The position numbers and the translations under genes are program-made. Shown here one piece after another: positions 39,701 through 50,800 of a stretch of 64,000 nt of DNA; positions within the stretch are counted from its first letter, which is position 1; each line of letters opens with the position of its first letter. The notes beneath the pieces were generated by a model. The model was not told the origin of the DNA and searched no databases. It was given only the letters and a program-made list of their open reading frames with translations. Where the stretch lies: contig OX442314.1 of the NCBI GenBank assembly GCA_949358305.1, positions 15,376,001 to 15,440,000 on the forward strand. The letters run 5' to 3'. Source of the stretch: Strigamia acuminata (lineage: Eukaryota).

Positions 39701-42128
39701 GTGGTTGCGAATGAAAAAAAGGAAGAAATTTGACAATTACGGGTTGTGATTCTCGTCGTGGCCCGATTGAGATTGGGTTGTAAAATTACTGCAGTGTGAA
39801 AGTCGAAAAAGAGAGATTTCATTCGCTCTCTTTTTTGTTCTCTTTGGTTGTTATGAAACTGGGGATGGGGACGATGAACAAGTATTTTTTCTTGTTTCCA
39901 ATCAGTTTGTAGTTGGTTGTATGGGAGGGGGTGAGTGGAGAAAAAAAGGATGGGGGAAAAGACAATTAAAATGGCGAAGAAAGGTATTTCACACACGTGA
40001 AATTTCTCCCGCCCCTTGTTCTATTTCCAATTTGCCCGCCGTCATCAAAAAGTGTGACGGATGGAAGTGGGGTGGGGAATGGGGACGACCGAGGTGAGTT
40101 ATGACGCTTCTTTTCTCGCTTGGATTCTTGGGTAAATTGGTGTTGAAATTTAAGGTGGGTAGGCCGAGGTAAATTTTTACCAAGGGAAAATGCGAATTAA
40201 AAATGAGAAAGAATGAAAGTCGTAAAAACGTAATGGTGAGAAGGAAAATATTATGTTTGCATAACTACAGCATAAAAATAATTGTTTGTAACTTTGTTTT
40301 TGTGTCTTTTATATCGCGGTACAATAAATTCGTAATGATTTAGTGAATAATGAAGCGAGAAAACGTTTGATGTGATTTTTAAGTGCGCTAACTGTCGAGA
40401 CCAGACTGGCTAGTCGCTACCGATTTAGAAATTCCAAACTAAATTAGAAGTTTCTAAGATTGTATTCAAGCGACAAATCAGAGGTGACAAATTACGCTTA
40501 ATTGATTTAATTTACGATTTATATTGTGCCTAAAATTAACTATTTTAAATTGCAAGTTATGTGATATAATATGCAGCTTTTAACCCGAAGGTAGCGCCTC
40601 GATAGAACCGGGCGGAAATGGAATGTTGAGTTTGCCCTTTTTCTTTTCCCCCTCCTTGAAAAACAAATTGGAAGTAGTCTGGAGGGTAGGGGATGGAGAC
40701 TTTTCCATTTTTTTCTCCTTCTTTTTTCTCTCGAGCCTATTGCGCTAAAGCGATTCATCTTTGCAAAAGAAAAGACAATGAGTTTGGCTTCCAATGCAGG
40801 AAGACATTAAGCAGTGTGAAAGATTGAAGGAGAATTTGGAATAGGAAAAACGAATAGAGGGAGGGAGTTATAGGAATCGGGGGTAGCTTGAATCGGGATT
40901 GGGATGTATTGATTTTGCAATTAAGGTTTGATTCGGACTGGGGGGTCCGAATGCCATCCATCATTAGAGCTTTGCGCATCTGCATTGGGCATACGGGGAA
41001 GCGAATTTCATCCCGCAACTCCCTCCGCTGGGACTCGAGATGGAGGAAGAGCGAAGAGGGGGTTAAGGGGAGGAGGAACTAATCAGTTGAATGGTGAAAA
41101 ATGGTCCTCACCTACTAGGAGGGAAAAGTGAGGAATCGAGATGGTTTAAGGTGAAATGAAAGGATTCTTGAGGAATTTTCGCAAAATGTGTTGAGGTTAG
41201 AAATTTGTGTTGCGTGAAAAATTTCTCTTTTCACATTCTTCTTCTTTTGATTCCTCCAGCGGCCAAATTGCGCACTCAGGGGTTTGTAGGGTTGGTTTTA
41301 CGCATGCGTACGTTGGACTCAAGCGCCGACCTGTAGGGAAAATGGTCTAAACGAGAGTAATGTGAAATGATGCAGGAATTTGATCTGTCGAAAATAGATT
41401 GGATCGGGACAAGTATTTTGGTGAAGGAATAAAAATACATCTCGGACGGGGCGTTTAAATTTAAATTTAAAAATTCAACAATGATTTGTTGCGAAAGGGG
41501 AAATGTTGCGTACAAACACCTGGTCAAGGAATTTGCTTGGGTCATTTGGTATAGAATTTTATGGGCAAAATATGCAAATCTCTTCTGCCTAATCTTAATA
41601 CTCCCACTCATCCATCATCTTTTGAACACGAAAATCTTTGACCGTCCAAACAAAAAAAAATGAATAGAAAAAGAAAGAAAAAAAATTCTTTTCTCAATCT
41701 CGACCTTATATTTTTTTTAAACTGCCCGATTTTTTTTTCTTTTTAAAATTCGTGATTTGGTCATCACTCAATGTCAAACTGGTCAAGAATTTTTTTATTT
41801 TTTTATTTTTTTTTATTTTTTTTGGATAAATCTTATGACGCTTTTGAAACAATTGGGGAATATTTTACTTGGATTTAATGGAAATTTCCAAAGTTATTTA
41901 ACTTATATTTTTTTGTTTGTTTGGTGAAAAGAGTTATTTACAGCCATTCATGCAGCATGTTATTCGCAATTAAAAAAGAAAGAAAGAAAAAAAATAGAAA
42001 TAACGTGAGTTAAAAAAAAATAATTGACGTCATTCATTTGTTTAATTTGGCACGTGGCGAGCATATCAAGTCCTTCATTTAAATTCTTTTTATTAATTTG
42101 TTCATTTTTTTCCTTCTTCCTCCTCTAG

Positions 42129-42187
42129 GTTCATTAATGCACGCCGCAGGATTGTGCAGCCCATGATTGACCAATCAAATCGTGCCG
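42129..42187 (+). CDS. hth: homothorax/Meis internal exon: end of homeodomain recognition helix
   Basis: Polypyrimidine tract plus ctctAG at 42127-42128 and donor G|GTAAGT at 42188. The 59 nt encode (W)FINARRRIVQPMIDQSNRA(G), and the phase fits the previous exon. Confidence 0.98.
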
Positions 42188-42785
42188 GTAAGTTGATATT
42201 CCACCAATCAAATTGTTTTGAACGTACACACTTAAAGAAATATGTAGAACAAAAAAAAATCAATCTGAATAAGGAGAATACATGTGCGCGCGACCTCTAG
42301 TGCCGAAAAAGAGAAAACAATTTGAGAATGTTAGCAGAAATGAATTTGCAAACGACATTGATTTACTTTAATATTTCACTTCACCCAAGTCCCAACCTGG
42401 CTTTGCATTCGGTTTCCACACGTGTGCGCATGCTCCTTTTTCCTGCTCGTCTTTTCCCCAGGTTGCTTAATAATTAATCATCAAATTTCCACCCAGCTCT
42501 AAGCTTTATCAATGTTATTGTTTTCTCGTGGGAGGTTCAGGTGCGCGTGCGCGCCGCCGCTCTCGCTCTTCTGGATTAGCGGTCGCCCCGAGCAACCTTT
42601 ACCGCATAAACTCATCCCTCATCCCCTAGGATCTGGTTGCTAAGGGCAACCAGGTCCGAACTGGCCTTTGGTGTGCGGGATGCGGGATTTTGGGATTGGG
42701 ATATCTGCAAGATGTTTTAGAGATGAAGAAGTTGCTTAATTAATCACGAGGTTTAGGCTTAACAGATGTCTTAAATTTTTTATAG

Positions 42786-42869
42786 GTCCCAGTGGTGCCT
42801 ACAGTCCGGAGGGAGCGGGGATGGGCTACATGATGGACAGCCAGCAGGCCATGCATGTACGACCACCAG
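42786..42869 (+). CDS. hth: homothorax/Meis penultimate coding exon (post-homeodomain)
   Basis: Acceptor ttttttatAG at 42784-42785 and donor CAG|GTAAGT at 42870. The 84 nt encode (G)PSGAYSPEGAGMGYMMDSQQAMHVRPP(G), resembling the Hth MGYMMD..Q..MHRPPG and MEIS MDGQQHMGIR motifs. Confidence 0.93.
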
Positions 42870-42955
42870 GTAAGTTTCAGCTTTCAGCCTTCGATCGTTT
42901 GAAATCGATTTAAAGCGAATTTTAATTTTTTTTTCTTTTTCCTTTCGAATTGCAG

Positions 42956-43197
42956 GCATGCATAATTTGGGCGGAACGGACGCATCCATGGGCATGGGCC
43001 CCGTAGGCGGTGTCGGTGGGTACTCGCAAATGTCGATGCGGTCACCCGTCCATTCGCAAGCGATGCTCATCCCAGGCCACCCGCACGGTATGATGATGGC
43101 TCATGGACCCATGGGCCACCACGGCCTTCCTAGCTCACAGAGCTCACCAATTTACGACAACTCAGGTCAACCCGTAATGGACATCCACGCCGGTTAA
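42956..43197 (+). CDS. hth: homothorax/Meis terminal coding exon, M/G/H/P-rich C-terminal (putative activation) region
   Basis: Follows an 86-nt intron ending in a pyrimidine tract and tgcAG (42954-42955). In frame it reads (G)MHNLGGTDASMGMGPVGGVGGYSQMSMRSPVHSQAMLIPGHPHGMMMAHGPMGHHGLPSSQSSPIYDNSGQPVMDIHAG followed by TAA at 43195-43197. Confidence 0.9.
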
Positions 43198-44701
43198 GAC
43201 CTTGTCCGCACACACGATACCCTATTCACCTATTCTCACCTGGATTAACAGTAGATAATCATAAACATGCCTTTACTTCTCCTCCTCCTCCTCCACACGT
43301 TTACTCACCTTTTGGTTTTTTGCGTCGGCTGGCTGGAGGAGTGCTGTGTCAAACATCATCAAACATCATCTTCATCAATAAGAACTATCCGTCATTACAA
43401 GTGGTCATGGGTGTGAAGATGACACTCCTCCATGCAAAACGCAGCCCCGTGTGGGCGAGACACCTGAGTTGGATTCTAATTGTAGTTTAATATCTGTATA
43501 AAAAAAAACTTAGAGAAAAAGAAAAAAAAAACAAACAAAAACTGTTTTTCTCTTTTTTTATTCTCTCCCCTTTTCAATTTCCTCTCTTTCACTCTTTCTT
43601 CATTACATTTGAAATGAAAAAGGACAAGTTTGTTGTCATCAAAACACTGGCTTTGAAAGGTTTTTTTTCTTTTCTTATTCGTTTTCTTTTTTTTTCCTTC
43701 TATTTTTCTTTAATTTTGAATGGAATGGAATGGGATAAGAAAAGAGGGTAAAATGCTGCATAGAAAAATTCAATTTGAAAAATTAAAATCGGTATATTTT
43801 TTAATTAGTAAAGAAAAAAATAAATGAGAAAATCTTTCTGTTGTTTTTCCGTGCACGTACTGCGTCCTCTTTTGCGGTCAGATCATTGCGGCAATTTGCA
43901 CCTGGAGATGTCCAGGTGAGATGAACGTCTGACCCATGCAGTTTAAAAACTATCCCACACTTTATTTTAATTAAGAAGTTTGTTTTTCGGTTGTTTTTTT
44001 ATTAGACAGAGCTACTTAAAAATTAATAGATGGAGTAATGAAAGAATTGTAATTAAGAGTTGTATTTGTCACTCGAATTGTTAACACCTTGGTGGGAAGT
44101 TTGCACGTGACTTGCTTGACGTAAGCAAATCGAGTGAGAAGTTTTCATAGAAACGTGTGCACCACACTTGTCTACTGTTTGTCACATGCCATCCCGCCCC
44201 CTAATTTTTTCTTGAGGTTATTTTTTCTGTCTACTGCTCACCTGGTTCATCATTCAATTAGTCAACTGTTGTTCATTTTGTCGGAAAGGAATGCGCATTT
44301 TCTTTTTTTCGATTTCTTTTTCCGTATTTTTTGTTTAAAAAAACAAACTAGGTTTAATAGTAGTTGCAGTAGTTTATTTTTAAAGGGGGTTTTATTATAA
44401 TAATAATAACTATTATTATTATTATTATTCATTATTATTATTATTAATTATTATTATTATTATTATTATTAATATTATTATATTATTATGTTATTATTAT
44501 TATATTATTATTATTATTATTATTAATTATTATTTTTATTATTATTTGATGAATGTATTATGAAAAAAAAACATGTTTTGTACTTTCACGAGAACTAAAA
44601 CTGCTTGGAGAAAATGCCACGAAAGTGGAAAACGAACAAAAAAATAAAATAAAATATTATACAAAGTGTAACTTGGCAATATTTGCAAAACGTGAAATAA
44701 A
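43198..44701 (+). other. Putative hth/Meis 3' UTR (3' end uncertain)
   Basis: Follows the stop codon and is U/A-rich. AATAAA hexamers occur at 43819-43824, 44643-44653 (tandem) and 44696-44701. The strong +strand G/T skew appears to fade shortly after. Confidence 0.5.
44393..44547. repeat. Imperfect (TTA)n trinucleotide microsatellite, about 150 bp
   Basis: Directly visible run of ttattatta with a few interruptions, lying upstream of the distal AATAAA cluster. Confidence 0.95.
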
Positions 44702-47602
44702 AGAGCAAGAATATAATTTTTTGATCAGTTTTTATCAATATCATACAGCTGACATCTCTTATGTTTCTAGTTTGCATATTGAGCACTGAAAAGATAAGTG
44801 CCGAAAAAAAGTATTTGCCAATTTTTCCAGTCGAGGATCCTTCAAGTTGCCGGCCACACAATTTAATGAATTTTTTTCTCCATCGAATAAACAGCTGTCG
44901 AGCATCGATTCCTGATGGCAGACTGATAATGGCCGTCTCTACCCGATTTCAAAGTTTTCGGATTATCTCCGACTTCATTATTTCCTCAGTGCAGATCGAT
45001 GCAAAAATCAATAAATCCACCAAGCAAAATGCAATATTCAAATGTTCACTTTGCAAACAGATATATATATCCGGTGCAAGTGCACATTTCTCTTCTACCA
45101 TCCACTTAATGGTATCCGCAAAATTTCAAACTACATCGAAACTCGTCCATCACTTGTCACGAACGTGGAACTCTGTTTGACAGAAGCATCGCTCGCCTGA
45201 TTGGCCGTGTGAGCGAGGCCAGGTGACAAGGCAGCCCAGCGTTACTAATCACAGACAGAGTTCGGCTACGCTAGAATCCGCACAATGATGGGCAGAGCTG
45301 CTTACGGCGGGCGGAGCTTTCAGTTTGCCGAGAACACGACCCATTTCTACCCCCTCCCTCATTCATCCTTTTCAACCTCATCAGCACAATCAAGTTACGA
45401 TTACATAGAATCCAATCAGAGGAAACACCAGAGGTAGGAGTCGGGCAGAAATGTGCAACATCTACTAATGAAATTCATTAGGAAGTAGAAGAAAATACAC
45501 AGCTGTCAAATTAGTACAAGTGTGACAGACATGAGCGACACCAGTTGAAGAATTCAATTACATTTTCCTTGCTGCGCATAAAAAAAAATGGTTAACTTTA
45601 GGTTGTAAATAAAATTATGGGTTATTTTTTTCTTCTTGACATTCCATTTTAAATCTTTCATGAATATTTATCAAGTTTTCTATTTGGGTGTTACCTGCTT
45701 CTGATCATCTTACATCACGACATTTGAATGACGTTGTTTGGCCGACGCCCTATTGAAATCATCATGTGAGCAATAATTTTGCAGGTAAAAGATGATTTCT
45801 ATGCATGTTATGGCTTGAAAGTGGATGTTATTTTTAGAATTTAGATTTCATAAGGGATAGATTAAATTTGATAAAAGGAATTGGTTCATTTTCGACTGTT
45901 TATAAGTTTTATGCTTTAAAAATTGAACGTGAAAATTGTTAATTAAATTATTTAGAGTGTCAGAAGAAGAATTGAATTAGAAATTGGAAATGACGTTTTT
46001 TTTTTTTAATTATTTATTAACTTTTCTTCTTTTTTTTAACAAAAACGTTTAAATCTTTTAGACGTGCGACTTCATATTTTTTTCAGTTCTACTTTTTAAT
46101 TTTTTAAGAAGTGTTGGTAAATGATTGCGTGCTTAGGTAATTACACGTTTTTGTTTTTCGTCACAATAAAAAAATAAAAATATTTATCTAACAGGTCATA
46201 AATTTTAATTTTTTTATGAGTCACACTTCTTAATAAAATATACCAACACCAGTGTCGAATTGTTTATAACTACATCGAATCTCTAGCATTCGTTTCTTCT
46301 AATTTATTACGATTAGTGATTAACAACAGGATGTGTGTGAGTTACGTGTGGGGATTCTTATATTAGATCACACACCCCTCATATCAGAAAACGATTTTCT
46401 TGTCCTGTGAAGAGATCAACAAAAACTAGCCTCACTGTAACTGTGGTACAAACACCATTATCCAAGTTTTACAAACTGAAACATGCACTGTATTAGACCC
46501 GGTAAAATAAACAAAAATAAATCTTTATTTTTTTAAAAAAACATACTTTATTTAAAAGCAAAATTCACATGACTTCATGCAAAGCTGTATACGACATATG
46601 TTAGTGGAAATTAAAAAGAAAGAAAATTTCAATTTATCACTCTCCTTATCATGGCGATGTGGAAGAGACGAGTGGATTTATTGAAGGGGGAAGTTGTCCT
46701 AATTTAAATGTTTCCAGCTCATAAAGCGCATCTGCCCCCCATCGCCATCTTCCCAAGCGAAAGACGAAGCTAGTTTAAGGCCCATGTGTGCGTGTTATTC
46801 GTCGTGATTTCTATTTACTCTACACTCATATGATCACCGTTGATGGCAGCATACATTTTATGACGTGGAAGAGCACGTCGCAATGCTGCCATATGATGCT
46901 GTAGTAAACATGCTACGATGCTCTTTTCGCTCTTTCAAATCAGACATATAATTGTAATGTACAAGTACAGTAATATATAAAAAAAAATTGATACGTTTCT
47001 GTTTTTTGTTTTTAAACTTGTAGCCTGTTTCATAGTTTGAAATACTGAACTGCCAAAAACAAGTTGAAAAATAACGAGAGCCACAAATAAGGTTTTCTTT
47101 TTTTGACAAGAGAGACTCTTGAGGTTTTAAATACGAAGGAAAAGAGAAAAAAGAGAAAAAAGATAGCAAGAGAGAAACCTCTGTGCGTGTCTCGAGGCGG
47201 GGAAACCGAGGCAGATGCACCTGCTGTAAATTTCCTTTACCAACTGACAGGCCATCGGAAAAAAGAAAAAAGAAAAAAACAGACTACCCCTCGACTCCCA
47301 TAATGCCAACCTTGACAGCCTCGTACTCGCTATTACGAGTTGTAAACGGAAAGGATTTAATTGATGTTGCTTATAGCGAGGGTCCATTTAATTCTGACAG
47401 TTGAGGTTTGAGAGCGACCCCATCAAACCCCCTTAAATATGGAGGGGCAGAAAACTCCCAAAATAAATGGCCAATGAAGGTTGAGCCGCTCCTATATTTC
47501 CTCGTCTATCCACTGAAGGCTGCTCAAGGCAACGAAGAATGAGAAAAAAATGATAGCAAAGGAGATAATATTTTCCGAGATAAGTAAAGTGTTGTTCAGA
47601 AA

Positions 47603-47816
47603 TGTTGGATTTGAGTGTTTGTTTGTACTGCAAGGTGAATCGTTTCACCTGCGCATTGAAACGTCTGATTACATATTGGCGCTTGACCAATTAGGATCAA
47701 GCGCATTGTTACTGCTGAATATTTAAGTGTATTAAATTAGAATAAAGATTCATTGTTTAAAACTAAACACCACGTGTTGTACCTTTATTGTATCAAGTTA
47801 AGCCAACCTTCGAGCT
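47603..47816 (+). mobile_element. Candidate solo LTR of the same copia family (right end uncertain)
   Basis: Starts TGTTGGATTTGAGTGTTTGTTTGTACTGCAAGGTGAATCGTTTCAC, nearly identical to 52124-52176. It continues CTGCGCATTGAAACGTCT, similar to 53931-53948, and contains AATAAA near 47740. No clean CA end with a matching TSD could be fixed. Confidence 0.6.
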
Positions 47817-50800
47817 AGAAACTATTTTCATTAATAGCGAAATATTTCTTGCACAGTTTAGGTCACGGGTCAAAAATGTTTCTTTTGTAACATAAACAAT
47901 CGTTTCGAGATAAGAAACTATCCTATAATCATTTCAGAACATCTGCAAAGATGAAAAGAGTTTACTTTAATAAATTTCAGCCAACTTTTTTTGAAAATAA
48001 ACTTTTTTTGCTTTGTTTGATATGAAATTTTGCATTCAGACTTTGCAAGAAATGATGTTAGTAATCCTAATGGCCTCGTTGATAAATAGTGTAAACGCAC
48101 TCTCTACTCACCACTCGGGCTTGGATTAGCCATAAATGGAGAAAACACGAAAATAAATGGAAGTTGGAGATTAATTCGAGCTCGGGATTTCCTTCTTAGT
48201 CTCCTGGGGTATACAGAGAGAGAGCGAGAGAGATTCAGCTCTTCATTCCTCTTCTTCCTGCCTCCTCTTATTTCATCAGGAACAAGATGAAGAACGAGCA
48301 GTTTTAATGAAAAACGTTTATAATAACAGCTATGTTTTTCTTTTTAATTTTTATTTTCGAGATTAAAAAAGGGAGGAAAGTTTTTATTGCATCAGGAAAA
48401 CAACAAGATATTATAGAAGCAAGAAAATAAAGAAATTTGTAGATAAGAAAACAGACGGTTAGATTTATATTTATAATTTTTAAATAATTCGCTTGCAAAT
48501 ATTCCAATTGGGATTACTTTGGAACAGGAATTATCTAGTCTGAACTGTTTACCAATTCTATCACATGCGTTTGCATATTGCGTTTTGCCGATTAATTAAA
48601 CTTCTGAGGTTTGGGTGCATTTTTAAGCTAAATCTAAAACAAAACTAATTACACGTGATGCCCGTTGCAGCCAATTAACAAACCGTGTTTAATTAGGCCA
48701 ATTGCAAACTTGGCAAAGCGATGTTGTTTGCATTTTCACATGACAGGTAGAAACTTCACACACCTGGTTATAATTTGTGTTCGCCTCGACATCTCGCCCT
48801 CGAGCTTTTCCTGTCCATTAGAATAAAGTGTGTTAAAATGTTTCCGCTACTCATCAAGACGGGTGAATGTGTTGGGCTTAATCCATACCTTGACTCCCCC
48901 TCTCTCTCCCCCCATCTCCTTTCCCTATGTTTGCGTCCGCCTCGCGACTCGCGTCTGGTGCCACCCGCACTCGCTCGTGCGAAGTAATCAAGTTGGCAGA
49001 CCCAGCACCAGATTGTGCGAATTGCTGAACAACAGAGCCGGCGATTCAATTGAGGAAAAGAATTTATCCAAACAAACTCCGCGTCAAATGTCCACCATCA
49101 CGTGCCATTATTAGGGAGAGGTGCGAGTTAATTGGAGCATTTCAGAAAAAAATTCACTTCGCACAATAGGTAGTCAAGAACCATTCATTTTAACTCTCAC
49201 GTGACTGTGACTTTTATTAGTAACAGAGAAGGGGTACACGATTTAACGTTTAAAACATTTAAAACATAATAATAACAATTTTGAATCAATTTACTGCATT
49301 TGTCACTGCTTTTCGTATTCCCTCAAATAGGGTTCACTTTTTTCGCAACATTACTTGGCAAATCTCAACGTAAAATGAATACTTATTAGACCATGAAGGC
49401 ATGAATCAACAAAAATTTTATATTTGTCTCGTATGGCGCAAAGTTTGAGTTTAATAGCTGGAGTTGATGTTGAGCTTGCAGCAGCATATGTACTGTACTT
49501 AGGAGATGTAATAAGTTAGTGGTGCAGTGAAAAGTGGCGAGAAAATGTATCTCGGACAATGATTCTATGGTTTTCCCATCTGAAGTCTACCAAGCGTGAC
49601 TTAAAGAGCAAAATGCAACCAACCACAAAACGTGTACAGCATCTGAGTTTTGAGTGTTGGAAAGCCAATCTCATTTTTTAATCTTGGCCTGAGTCCCTTC
49701 GCAATAATGGTCTTACGATGGACATGAAATTTTCTCCATCATACACACCATTAAGAACTGGGTAGAGCCACTAGCTGTGTACGTATAGCGTTTTCAGCAG
49801 TTTCGATCACAGAGTGTATCTATAAACTCTCGAAGGGTGACTCAGAATGTAATAAGCAACCCTTTCTACTAATGATGTCCAATCCTAATTCAAATCAGAT
49901 CAGAAGCAAATCCAATCGAGTCGGCTTTGCTTCATCATCTCTGATTATTCTTTCCTTTCAGTTCCTTTCCCTTCCTCCTTTCAATTCCTTTCCCTCCGGC
50001 TATAAAAAAAATCAAACTAAGTTTGTTTTTACAATCAGTGTGTTTGAATTTTCCCCACATTAATGTAACCACATTACGTACACACCAGTGACAAATTCAT
50101 GGGTTCGTTAAACAAGAAAAAACCAGCTAAAAAAATACACAAATATTTTTGCTTTTTTAAAGAAAAAAAAAATTGTTGGTTGCCATTAGACATTTTTGTA
50201 TACATTTTTTAAAACTTGTTTGCAGAGTTAAAATTTAATGCACAAAATTTAAAATGTGTACTGATTAAATTAATTTCTTTGTGAAATATTAAATTTGTCA
50301 AGTGAAAAGTTTATCTGATTAGCAGTGTCAATATTTAATATGAAATGAGCAGTTTTGTTTATTTTTGGATCTGCTTAACCAAGTTTAGGTCGGCGGTTTT
50401 ATCGCCTGACCGCCTTTAACCACGAAGAAGGTGTCTCCCTATTGTCAATGCAATCAGGAAAAGGGTTGGGCGGATGGGTGGAATCATTTCCACCACACCG
50501 AACATCAACCAAAGAGTAATGAATCGAATCGAACGAAAAAGCAACGCATGTCATTACCTCACGGAAGGCCACCTGGGGTTCTCCAAAAATATAGCAAACT
50601 TCATTTCTCTCATTATCATTGCCAGTTTCTTCAAACCTACGCATTAGATGCTGCGAAATTTCCAGTTCAAAAAATAAGAAGAAAAAAGGGCTAATGCCGA
50701 GAAAAAGACACAGCTGGTGTCTCAGAATGGAATTTACCCCTTTCCTATTGCAAGTTGATTAAGTGAAACTATCATTGCAATGGGCAAATGAGAAGTTGGC

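Noticed and set aside
42780..43070. Minus-strand 96-aa ORF overlapping the last hth exons
   Set aside because: Antisense shadow of GC-rich coding exons that runs through the intron, with no independent support.
43198..44701. miR-iab-4/iab-8 target sites, known for Drosophila hth
   Set aside because: I saw no full seed match (GTATACG or ATACGTA) by eye. Only an offset ACGTAA near 44119 is present, which is too weak to call.
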